From NCBI GenBank assembly GCA_043228905.1, contig JBHGNT010000007.1, positions 15,004,001-15,068,000 of the forward strand: a DNA stretch of 64,000 nucleotides, read 5' to 3'. The stretch is from Azolla caroliniana (lineage: Eukaryota; Plantae; Polypodiophyta). A model generated the notes under the pieces. It had not been told where the DNA came from. It did no database searches and was given only the letters and a program-made list of their open reading frames with translations. Positions 24,196-34,983 of this stretch are shown here, piece by piece. The position numbers and the translations under genes were made by a program. Within the stretch, counting starts at the first letter, position 1, and each line of letters opens with the position of its first letter.

Positions 24196-26933
24196 CAGGA
24201 GACCTTGAGCATCTTGAAGAGATGCTGCCAAAATTTGGAGACAAATTGCGGTCCTCGGTCACTGATGATACTGTCTGGGAGGCCATGATGCCGAAATACC
24301 TCACGCATAACAAGGGCGGCGGTTTCCTCGCTAGTGATGGCTTTAGTACACGGCACAAAATGTGCCATCTTCGTATATCGATCGACGACGGTTAGGATAA
24401 CATCGAACCCCTTTGAGACCGGCAGATCTGTGATAAAATCAAGACAAATAGACTGCCACGACTTACTTGGAATCGGTAAGGGTTCCAACAAGCCATATGG
24501 ATGGTGTCATGGCATCTTTGCTCGGCAGCAAGCATCACAGGTCCGAACGTAGTCGTCGACAAAACGACGCATGTGGGGCCACCAAAAAGATCGCTGCACT
24601 AGCTCCAACGTCTTAGTACTACCAAAATGTCCCGTCGTATGGGTGTCGTGACAATGCTAGACAATTTGAAGGCGACAGGAGCAATCGGGGACATATACGC
24701 GCTTTTTAAAGAATAACAAACCATCATGATATTCGAATTGTCGGTAGTCAATACCTAGTTGTTGAGACTGAGAACAGGATGCCCGAGAAGTATCAATGTG
24801 TGGCAGGATGTCTTGAGCAAAACTATCCGTCTTCAAGGTTGCACGTATGTCATCAGTAATCCGTGAATCCATCGGGGTGTGAAAAATCCGCGTCGTGTGC
24901 AATCGTGTTGGTCCCAAGATTACTTGCTTTTGATTATCAAATGTTGCATCACCAGGACGAGGTGCAAGATATGAACGTTGTGATAGTGCATCTGCTTTTC
25001 CTTGCTGCTTCCCTGGTCGATATGTGATTTTGAAGTCGAAACGCGTGAGGAATTGCGTCCACCGAGCTTGCCGTCGATTTAGTACGCGAGCGTTCTGAAA
25101 ATAAGCAAGATTTTTATGATCGCTAAAGACAATGACCTGATGTGGAGAGCCCTCTAAAAAATGCCGCCATTGTACAAATGAATCCACGATGGCTAATAAC
25201 TCCTTGTCATATATTTCGTAGTTGATTTTTGCGACATCGAATTTGCGCGAATGGAAAGCCACCGGATGCAACTCTTCTTTATCTCCTGGTTGAGAAAGGA
25301 TGCTACTGAGGGCGAAATCTGATGCGTCGGCCTCCATGATGAATGGTTTGCTTGTATCCACATGAGCTAGAATCGGTGCTGATGTAAAGGCTTTCTTAAG
25401 ATGCCGAAAAGCCATATCTGCTTCTATGGACCAAAGAAATGCTTGGCCCTTCTTCGTAAGTTGTGTGAGAGGTAAAATAATCTTCGAGTAATCCTGTATA
25501 AACTTACGGTAGAAGTTAGCAAAACCTAGAAAACATTGTACATCTCGTACCGACCGTGGAATTTGCCACTCTAGTACAGTTTGGATTTTAGCTGGATCCA
25601 TGGCGATGCCCTTTGAGGAGATGACGTAGCCTAGAAATTCCACTTGCTTGCAGTCAAAGCTACATTTTTCTAGCTTGGCATAAAGACCATTCTCGCGGAG
25701 TCGCTTTAGTACTAATAGTACATGAGAATCGTGCTCTTCCTGGGTCTTCGAATAAATCAATAGATCATCCAGATAAATGATCAAACAGATATCCAAGAGG
25801 TCTCTGAATATATCATTTGCCATGTGTTGGAAGACTGCGGGTGCATTGGTTAGGCCAAACGGCATAACAGTATACTCGAAATGCCCATACCGCGTGCAAA
25901 AGGCGATCTTCCATTCATCTCCTGGTCGGATCCGCACGAGGTTATACGCTCCTCGTAGGTCGATTTTAGTAAAAAACTTGGCACCATTAACTCGCTCTAA
26001 AAGACTTGATATAAGAGGAAGTGCATACCTATTCCGGATGGTGACTTTATTCAATCCGCAATAATCAACGACAAGACGAAGTGAGCCATCTTTCTTCTTG
26101 ACAAAGAAGATGGGTGCACCGGCCGGAGATTTCGAATGACGGACGAACCCGCTTGCCAAGTTCTCCTCTATGTAGGCTCGAAGGACTTCTAACTCGGTGG
26201 GTGACAAGTTGTAAATTGGTCCCCATGGTTGCTCGGTTCCTGGTTGTAAATCGATGGGACAGTCATAGGGACGGTGATGAGGAAGGGTACCGGCTTTTAC
26301 CTTGTCAAATACATCGGCATAAGGATGATATTTTGCTGGAAGTTGTACTGAGGAGTCCTTCTTAATAGTGTTGGAAGGATGTACTGATATTGCAAATAGG
26401 AACATTGCCTCCTTGGGTCCTTCTTCGCGTAGTTGATGGAGTGAAATGGTCGAAACTTGGTGAGTTGATTCTTGGGGTGGTCGATATTGGACTTCTCTTG
26501 TTCTCCAATCTATGGTTGGATTATGTAATTCAAACCAAGGTAATCCTAGGACAATGGGATGCTCTGGACTACTAATTATATTAAATGATATTACACACAC
26601 AAAACTACCTAGTACAACTTGAATGGGTTCTGATTCTTCTACAATATTCCCGAAAGCAATGGGACGACCATCAATGACTACTACAGCTGCGGCACAAGGA
26701 AGTTTTCTTAAGGATATCTGAGAAGCTTGGGCAAAATTTCGATCCATGAAACAGGAATTAGCTCTGGAATCTAAAAGTGCTAGGACGGGTACTGGGGGAG
26801 TACTTTTAGTACTAACAATGACTTGGGTTAGGAACACATTGCTAACTTGCTTGGAAGGAATGGAACCACTAATGGGCTGTACAGATCTAGGGTTGCTGTC
26901 CAACCAAACGGCTCCTATTTTGGCTGGACTCAA
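24196..26933 (-). pseudogene. Gypsy Pol (PR-RT-RNaseH-IN), integrase interrupted by stops and truncated
   Basis: 758-aa ORF 24657-26933 with LLDSRAN (mutated DSG), MPFGLTNAPAVFQ, YLDD, ADASDFA, YDKELLAIV; integrase fragments LDFITDLP, VVDRYTKMAHF, IISDRGPQF to 24196. Confidence 0.9.
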
Positions 26934-28072
26934 TTGTTTAACTCTTCATCTAATTGACTAAGGATTTCAAATTTATTTGAGATACTTGGGCTATTAGTAC
27001 TATGAATACTATCAAACACTCTATTAGTACTATTAATACTATCAGACACTCCTAAGGGAAGAATTGACTCGGGTTTAGTACAGGCTACAATTTGATTTAC
27101 CTGTCTTCTTGGCCTATGGGGACAATTGATTGCGATATGCCCTGGTCCACTGCAATAAAGACATAATCGATTTGCACGTCGTCGTTGCTTTTCTTCTTCC
27201 GATAACGGGCCGCGTCGATGCATGGTATCGATCTCCATCGGTGTCGAAGTATTTGCTTGAGGTATGTCTCGTGCAAACGGTTTAGCCGCGACTGCGGCGT
27301 AAGTGGGCTCCGGCCTAGCGCGTGGTATCTGTAATTGACGTTTCGAACGCCGTTCGAAAAGGCGGTTGTCACATCGGACCGCTCGACTGATTGCCTCCGT
27401 AAGAGACTTTGGTTCTTCGGGGAAAGTTAGAAGTAGATCTTTGACATCGTTTCGCAGGCCATAGCGAAACTGCTCCATTAGTGCTTGATCATCCCAGGGT
27501 ATGTCTGAAGCGAGTAGGCGGAAATCCGCCGCGTAGGCAGAGGCTGGACGATCACCTTGACGCAATCGCCGGATCCTGATGCTGTTGGTGTCTCCAAAGC
27601 AGGCTTTGAACTCACTAATAAAATCTTCAAAGTTATTAAGCAAGGGCGATTGTTTTCCTAGGAGCGGAGCGAACCATGCTAAGGCTGAGCCGCTAAGCAA
27701 TGTGCCTATTAAGCCGAATCGGGATGCATCAAAGGGGTATCGGGAAGGATGCATTTGGAGGACTAATCGTACCTGATTAAGGAATCCCCTGAATTGCGAT
27801 CGTGTTCCATCAAATTTCACAGGCAGTCCAATCTTCGGCTTTTTATGAAATCCTTGGGGACTTGATCCTTGTTGTTGCAATGCCGCTTCGAGTTGTTGCA
27901 CCCGTAACGCTAACTCCCCATGTTGTTGCTGCGTTTGTTGCTTTTTTAGAGCGATTTGTTGCAGATCCCCTATCAGCCGTTGGTTTTCTTGTTCCAAGGC
28001 AACAAATTTTTCTTTTAAGCACTGTAGCTCGGAGAAAACGGATTGATATTCTTGGGCGCTAACAGTAGCCAT
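26930..28072 (-). CDS. Gypsy Gag (coiled coil, capsid, CCHC knuckle), 380 aa
   Basis: PVKFDGTRSQFRGFLNQ, LLSGSALAWF, LRQG....AYAADFR, PMEID, CLYCSGPGHIAINCP; PEG10/sushi-like architecture. Confidence 0.9.
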   Translation of the reverse strand: MATVSAQEYQSVFSELQCLKEKFVALEQENQRLIGDLQQIALKKQQTQQQHGELALRVQQLEAALQQQGSSPQGFHKKPKIGLPVKFDGTRSQFRGFLNQVRLVLQMHPSRYPFDASRFGLIGTLLSGSALAWFAPLLGKQSPLLNNFEDFISEFKACFGDTNSIRIRRLRQGDRPASAYAADFRLLASDIPWDDQALMEQFRYGLRNDVKDLLLTFPEEPKSLTEAISRAVRCDNRLFERRSKRQLQIPRARPEPTYAAVAAKPFARDIPQANTSTPMEIDTMHRRGPLSEEEKQRRRANRLCLYCSGPGHIAINCPHRPRRQVNQIVACTKPESILPLGVSDSINSTNRVFDSIHSTNSPSISNKFEILSQLDEELNN

Positions 28073-28111
28073 AGTATAGGGAAAAGGGTAGGAGGCAAAA
28101 TTGGTTCAAAC

Positions 28112-28535
28112 TATCAGGAGTAGTACAAAAGCAGAGATGGAATTAGTACTAAAGAAGAGCAGTACTATTAGTACTAAGAGGACGGGACTGCGTAAGATTC
28201 CCAAGAGAGGAAGTGAGAAGAGAAAGAGAGAGAGAAGGATGATGACAACAGCTCTTATATTATGTGAAAAGATAAGTACAAATCGGCTAAGAGGCTTAAG
28301 ACTGGCGTTTAACCAATTTGGTTCAAAACAATGCCTTGTGCCTCCTTTTATAGTGTTTTTAGGAATAATCCTGAAGCTTCTAGAATGTTCCAGAGAAATA
28401 TGGAATATACATCAATTTTCTATGATAAAGCATAAATGAAAATAATATCCTACAAATTACAATTCATAGTCTAATGGTAAGAGCTTGACCCATGTAGCAT
28501 AAGGTCATAGGTTTGAGTCTTGCCATATCATGACA
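28112..28535 (-). repeat. 5' LTR of the Gypsy element (424 bp), containing an antisense tRNA-like module at 28467-28525
   Basis: Direct repeat of 23788-24195 (about 10 substitutions by eye); minus-strand TATAAAA at 28352-28346. Confidence 0.95.
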
Positions 28536-31153
28536 TTAGTGGATGTAAGTTTTATGTAACATTTATTGATGATTGCTCAAGGAAAACATGGGTTTACTTC
28601 ATGAAAGAGAAAAGTGAAGTATTTGATTGCTTCCGTAAGTTTAAATGTATGGTGGAAAAGAAGGCTGGAACTAGGATAAAATGCCTAAGATTTGATGGAG
28701 GAGGAGAATACTTCTCAAATGAATTTTCTGATTTTCTATGCAATCAAGGAATAAGAAGATAGTTCACATGTAGATATACTCCACAACAAAATGGAGTTGC
28801 TGAGAGGAAAAACAAAACTTTGGTGAACATAGCAAGAGCTTTAATGACAGAAAAAAATATGCCATTGTATTTCTGGGCAGAATCTGTAAACACAGGAAAC
28901 TATATCCTAAATAGATGTATAACATCTAGAGTACATGAAGTAACTCCGAAGAATGTTTCTATGGCAGAAAGCCGAGTTTAGGACACTTAAAAGTGTTTGG
29001 ATGCCTTGCCTATATTCATGTACTTGCTGAAGTGAGAAGTAAGCTTGATCCAAAAGCTGAAAAATGTGTTCTTATTGGATATTCAGAGGAGCAAAAAGGG
29101 TATAGATGCTATAACCTTGTGACAAAAAAGATTGTGGTAAGCCGTGATGTAATATTTGATGAGTTGGGCAGCTGGTACAACCCAAAAGAAAATGTAGAAA
29201 TTGATGAAGGTTGTGAAAATGAAAACAGAGAAAAATCTGAAAATGGAAGAGATTGCCATGGAGATGGAAACAATGTTGGACAACAAAGTTCCACATCAAT
29301 GGAATGTATTGGACCATCTAGAAGCTTAGGTACTAAATCTGAATCTAATTCATGGAGTGGAAAAAATGCAAGACAAAAAATATGATGATAAAAAGGGAAA
29401 ACAGAAGATGCAAGAATATGAAATGCTTGAGGATGGATCTAGAAACATGGAAGATGTAGATTCAGATACATCATTGGATGATGAGCTTGGTATACGAGCC
29501 TTGAAAATCCCTGGTATGGAAAAAACAATGAAGGATGCAAATCAGAAACTGAGAAGATCATATAGAGAGAAAAAGATTGTTGAAAGATTTGGTTATGACA
29601 CATATATGGCTATGCATTATGCATACACGTCTAAAGTGGTACAAATCCCTTATCCAAATAGTTTTGATGAAGCAAAATCTGATAAGAAATGGGTGAATGC
29701 AATGCAAGAAGAAATAAATGCATTGGCTGAAAGTAGAACATGGGATTTGGTAAAGTAACCGAAAGGAAAAAATGTTGTAGGTTGCAAATGGGTCTACAAG
29801 ACAAAGCATGATTCCAATGGAAATGTTAGCAGACATAAAGCAAGACTTGTGGCAAGGGATATGCCCAGATGCATGGAATTGATTATGAAGAAACATTTGC
29901 ACTGGTTGCAAAGATGGCAACATTGAGAACACTACTTGCTGTGAGTGCAACCAAAAGATGGATTCTGCACCATATGGATGTAAAAAATGCTTTTTTACAT
30001 GGTAACTAGGAAGAAGAAGTGTATATGTGTCAACCTGTAGGTTTTGAAGATAAGAAGCATCCAGAATATGTATGTAGGCTGAAAAAGGCTCTCTATGGAC
30101 TAAAACAAGCACTTAGAGCATGGCATAAAGAACTTTCAGAATTTCTGAAAAAAATTGTCTTCAAAATGTCAAAGGCTAATCCATCATTGTATGTAAAAAG
30201 GACAAATGATTGCATTGTTGTTATCTTGATTTACGTTGATGATTTAATAATTGGAGGTGACTCCATGGATGAAATAAGCAAGTTGAAAAAAAATCTGGAA
30301 ATGCAATTCCATATGAAAGACTTGGGAGAGTTCAGATACTTTCTCGATATTGAGATGATCAGATCTAAAAGTGGTATATATATGTTGCAAAAATAGTATG
30401 CAACAACTATGTTGAAGAAGTATGGTATGGTGGGCAGCCTCATATATTTGACTATAACAAGACCCTAATTTGAGTTATGTTGTTGGATTAGTCAGCCAGT
30501 TTATGCAACAACCCACAAAGCCACATTTGGACTGCATTAGAAGCATTTTGAGGTATGTAAAAGCTACTCAAAATTATGGACTGTTTTACAGGGCTGATCT
30601 GGACATAAAGCTGGAAGGATATACAGATGTTGATTGGGCTGGAAGCCAAATTGATAGAAGATCCACAAGTGGATATATGTTTACATTGGGAAGTGCAGTT
30701 ATTTCATGGAGTAGCAAGAAACAAGCTATTGTTGCACTATCAAGTACTGAAGCTGAGTATAGAGGAGCTGCAATAACTACCTATGAAGAGGTATAGATCA
30801 GAAGATTGCTTGCTGATTTGGGACAATATATAGATGGTGCAGTCACAATTTGGTGTGACAATATGAGCAGCATTCAGCTCGCAAAAAATTCAGTGTTCCA
30901 TGCAAGAACAAAGCACATTGAAGTGCATTATCACTTTGTTAGGGAAAAAGTGATTGATGGAGAAGTGGATCTGTTGTATGTAAGTACAAATAAGCAAGCG
31001 GCTGATATTATTACGAAGGGATTGAGCATGGAAAAACATACACAGTTTAGAGACACGATGGGAGTTATAACCATCGGCATGGTAGCTGAAAAGCATGAAG
31101 AAAAGAAGATTGAAGATGATCCCAAGAAAGGATAAGTTGAGCTTGAGGGGGAG

Positions 31154-31512
31154 TGTTGAGAAGCAAGCTCAACAAAGGTATGTGATGCTTAAGCTATACT
31201 AGCTATTAGCTAATTAGCTACTAGTGGACATAAAGGTGAAACAACTATTTATCTACTGATAGCTAATTATAACTTAGGTAAAAAGTAAGTAGAAAAGTGA
31301 GTAAGAGTGAGAGTAGAGAAGAGAAGAAAAATAGAGAACAGAAAATAGACGAGAGCGAGTTGAGCTCTGCGTGTAATGAAATAGAAGAAGTTTTTTGGTT
31401 TGCTACATAGAGTTAAGTCTCCTTCCCCTTCCTTTCTGTCTTGAGCACACTAAACGATCCAACACATCACGATCCGTTGTGCACACAAAAGAGCCGTAGT
31501 GCCTTCATAACA
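31154..31512 (+). repeat. 3' LTR of the middle Copia (359 bp)
   Basis: Preceded by the PPT; lacks a 10-bp and a 21-bp segment (the latter containing TATATAA) relative to the 5' LTR. Confidence 0.95.
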
Positions 31513-33340
31513 ATCAGCGCCTCAACCCAAAACTTCTTGGGTAACTTTGCATGTGCTAGCATGCTTCAGACTCTCTCCATTATGGTTCGGTTCATCAGTT
31601 CAGCTAGCTCGTTCAATTCCAGTGTCTTCCGCACGGTGAATTCAAGCTAGATTCCCTTCGATTGGCAGTACTCCTCGAACTGCCCATGATATTCTCCTCC
31701 GCTATCTGCTCGAACCGCCTTTAGCTTCCGATCGGTTTCTCTTTCCACTCTTGCGTGGAGTTCCCGAAGACGGATCCTTCAACGATGAGACCCACAACTT
31801 CCGGTTGTGGTCGTCTATGAACGTCACAAAGTACTACAATCCGGCATGTGACTCCGTGTCCACTTGACACACATCGGTATGCACCAGCTTCGGTGGTGCA
31901 TTCCTTCTCATTAGTGGTCTTGATCGGAAGGAGAGTCAGTTTTGCTTGCCGGCCAAGCAATCGGTGCACTTCTCAAGTTGCACATCCTTCATCGGAATGA
32001 GATTGACTTCGGCAAGTCTCTTCATCCCCTTCTGACTCACGTGACACAACCTCTTGTGCCACAACTCACTAGCAATGTCGGGTGCGATGTTCACTTCTTC
32101 CTGGCACATCTAGGCATGCATCATGTACAATGTGTTGATCTTCTGGGCTCGAGCCACAATCAAGCTTCCCTTGCTGAACTACATGACTCCATTCCGGATG
32201 CTACCTGTGTAGCCTTCATCATCTAGCCGACCGGCTGATATCAGGTTCAACCGAACCTCCGGAACGTGTCGAACTTCTTTCAACAACAATTTGCATCCGG
32301 TTGATGTCATCAAAAACACATCTCCTATGTCGATGATTCGGCAGGTCCCTTCATTCCCCATCCAGACACAACTGTGATCACCGGTTGTGTAGGATGAGAA
32401 GTATCTCCGTCCGGTGTCAAGTGGAATGACGCTCTGGAATCGACAACCCACGTTGTCTCATCACCGACAAGGTTTAACTCATTCTCCTCGGTAATGAGCA
32501 TCCGTTCTTCTTCACTTGTCGCGACTGCCGACGTTCCCTTCTGATCCGAGCCTTTCCAGTCTAAACCGTTCCGGTTTGAACCCTTCTTCGAATCGGCACT
32601 ATTGGTTCCTTTCTCTTTCCGAAAATGCTGACAGTTCTTCTGGAAGTGCCCCGACTTCCCATAGTAGAAGCAAGTAGGCCTCCCCCTTAACTTCGACCTC
32701 GTCCCTGATTTGTCCCGGTTTTGTGGACTCCGATACCGGCCTCTTCCCCGGTAATGGTCATCTTCCGTGACCAAGGCCTTCGGATAAGTTCCGGACTCCC
32801 AGTCCTTCCGGCCCAGCGTTGCCCAAAGTGACAACTAGTGTCTCCCAACTATCCAGGAGGGAACCGAGCAGGAGCAATGCAAGTACCTTGTCGGCCAGAG
32901 GTACTTCAAGCGAAGTTGTTTGATTTATGAGCCCTGAAATGCATTCATGTGCTCTGTCGTGCTGGATCCGTCCTGGTATCGGAGTCTCACTAACTTCCGG
33001 AATACCGAAACCAAATTTACAACGTTTTTACTCTCTAGCATAGTGCTGATTTTCTCCAAGAGTACATGAGCTTTACTTTCTTCATTGTAGTTGTTATATA
33101 GGGTCATGTCGATGAAGCACCGAATGTACGTCGTTGTCTTCATGTGCATCACCTCCCATGTCGTGGCATTGATCTTGTCCGGTAAAAGATCCACGTCATG
33201 ACTTGAAATATTGCATAACCCCATTAGAGGAACAATTTCTAAGCTATTTTTATATAATTATTATTAGCAAATTTGAGTATTTTACACAGGTTTTACTATT
33301 AACGATTCTTCCATTTCCTTTGTTCGCTCTGATACTAGAT

Positions 33341-33578
33341 TGTGAGGAAATAACGCTCGGCAACAACTGAGTCTTCAACAAGGAATGGAAGAGAGCAAAC
33401 TGAAATTGAGATGACACATGATGTTTACGTGGAAAACCCTAAACGGGAAAAACCACGGGAGCCCACGGACTCCAACTATCATTATGAGAGGAGGAATACA
33501 ATGTGAGACTCAGAGGCAACGATCTCGAGCTCTATGTCTTCGCCAAACCGGTGGTTACAACAAAAAACTAGTTCTGTA

Positions 33579-33609
<31 letters not shown>

Positions 33610-33845
33610 ACAACAACTCTAACTACCACCCACTAAAGTGATTGCCCTAAGTCATATTTATACTTATATGACATTTGGGCTATTTACAAATATAGCCTCA
33701 GTGGGCTTACTCTAACATATTTACAAATATGTCCTTGGATCCGGTTTCTAGGTCTCATCCAAAACCATTCCGGATCCGGTTCCTTCATCCGGCTCGTCCG
33801 ATCCCGCTCCTTCGGATCCCATCCGGAGGGACCGAATTCCCAACA
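33341..33845 (-). repeat. 5' LTR of the outer Copia
   Basis: TGTGAGG...CCCAACA termini adjacent to a Met PBS; contains (CT)n and a minus-strand TATAAATA box. Confidence 0.75.
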
Positions 33846-34819
33846 TTTCACGTGCACATAGAATCATACATACATACGCCTACTCAATAATCAAACCCAT
33901 GATCCCTAGTTTAGGTCCTTAATGGTCACATTCATGTTTCACATGCACATGCGTAACATCGTGACATCATCACATGTAGCTCATGTATATTTTTGGAGGT
34001 CATTTCTATGCTCAAGTGGATAACCTGTATTTGCCTAAGAGGTGGGGTTGGGGTGTTTGATATGCTGTGTAATGTTGATACATGTGGTAGTTGATAATGG
34101 GAAGCATTGTTGGATGATCATGAATGCTTCACATCATACTATGGAAGTCTCTTCATCCTAAGTTTACTATTGATTAGGGTATTGTGCATACATGATGTGG
34201 TTTGCTCTAGGTAGTCTTCGCTAAGTTCCAATCCGAAGCTCAATCAAGAATACAACTATACGTTTTCCTTAAGCCAACACCCCATAAAGCAAAACTTGGA
34301 TGATCAAACACATGGAACTAACTGGTTGATGATCTTGGCCTATCATTGACGAAGGTCATCAACAAGATCGCTTATGGATTTGATGAAGCTATGGCAATAA
34401 GATACGATGTGCTTTCAACCAACGGGTAGTATGGATTTGCCCTAGTTATGGATCATGTTTCTTTGCCAAGGTCAGGTGTAGGCCCCACGTGGAGGTTAAT
34501 GATATAATATGGTATTAGTATGTATGTATGTTGTCTAATGTCACCAATGTGAAGGAAGCTTCAAGGCTCAAGCAATCAACCAAGCTTAATAATAATAAAA
34601 ATACGTAAAGAAATGGAGGGAGGGGCATTTTGGGAGTTTGATATTTCTCATAATAATAAATTATAATAATACCCTAGCTTAAACCCTCTCCTCTGCAAAA
34701 CCCCCAATCGACGACAGAAGGAAAGACGCAGAAGCAGAAGAAGCTCAAGAAGCAGAAGAAGAAGAAGAAGAAGAAGAAGAAGAAGAAGATCGAGAGAACT
34801 GACAGGAGAGGAAAGAGAA

Positions 34820-34917
34820 ATGGCGAGCGCTCTCTTCTTCGTCTTCTCTAAGACCTCCTCTTCCTTAGCCCTCCGAAGCTCCTCCTCCTTCTTACACAGA
34901 GCTCATATGTCTCCATT

Positions 34918-34983
<66 letters not shown>

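Larger units (their letters stand above)
23788..28535 (-). mobile_element. Inner Ty3/Gypsy retrotransposon (Tcn1/Tf1-sushi-like), with a 3' internal deletion
   Basis: TGTCA..TGACA ends, perfect 5-bp TSD TTAGT (23783-23787, 28536-28540), LTRs 28112-28535 (5') and 23788-24195 (3', truncated); domain order gag-PR-RT-RH-IN. Confidence 0.95.
21611..31512 (+). mobile_element. Middle Ty1/Copia retrotransposon, both LTRs present, pseudogenised
   Basis: LTRs 21611-22000 and 31154-31512 (TG..CA), PBS TGGTATCAGAGC 22001-22012, PPT TTGAGGGGGAG 31143-31153. Gag 22164-22748, CWYCGKLGH knuckle, WYVDSGAS protease, integrase split by the Gypsy insertion, RT LIYVDDL, RNase H SSTEAEY / RTKHIEVHYHFVRE; many premature stops. 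Confidence 0.95.
19995..33845 (-). mobile_element. Outer Ty1/Copia (Tnt1-like) retrotransposon, degenerate, split by an insertion at 21611-31512; RNase H and own 3' LTR missing
   Basis: 5' LTR 33341-33845 (TG..CA), PBS tRNA-Met TAGTATCAGAGC 33326-33337, gag 32925-33224, knuckle-like CFYYGKSGHFQKNC, protease WVVDSRAS, integrase continuing across the insertion (FWVEAL|MTT..YVINKSP), KLDPKSRPCIFLGY, RT CRLKKSLYGL and LLLYVDGML; many stops and frameshifts. Confidence 0.9.
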
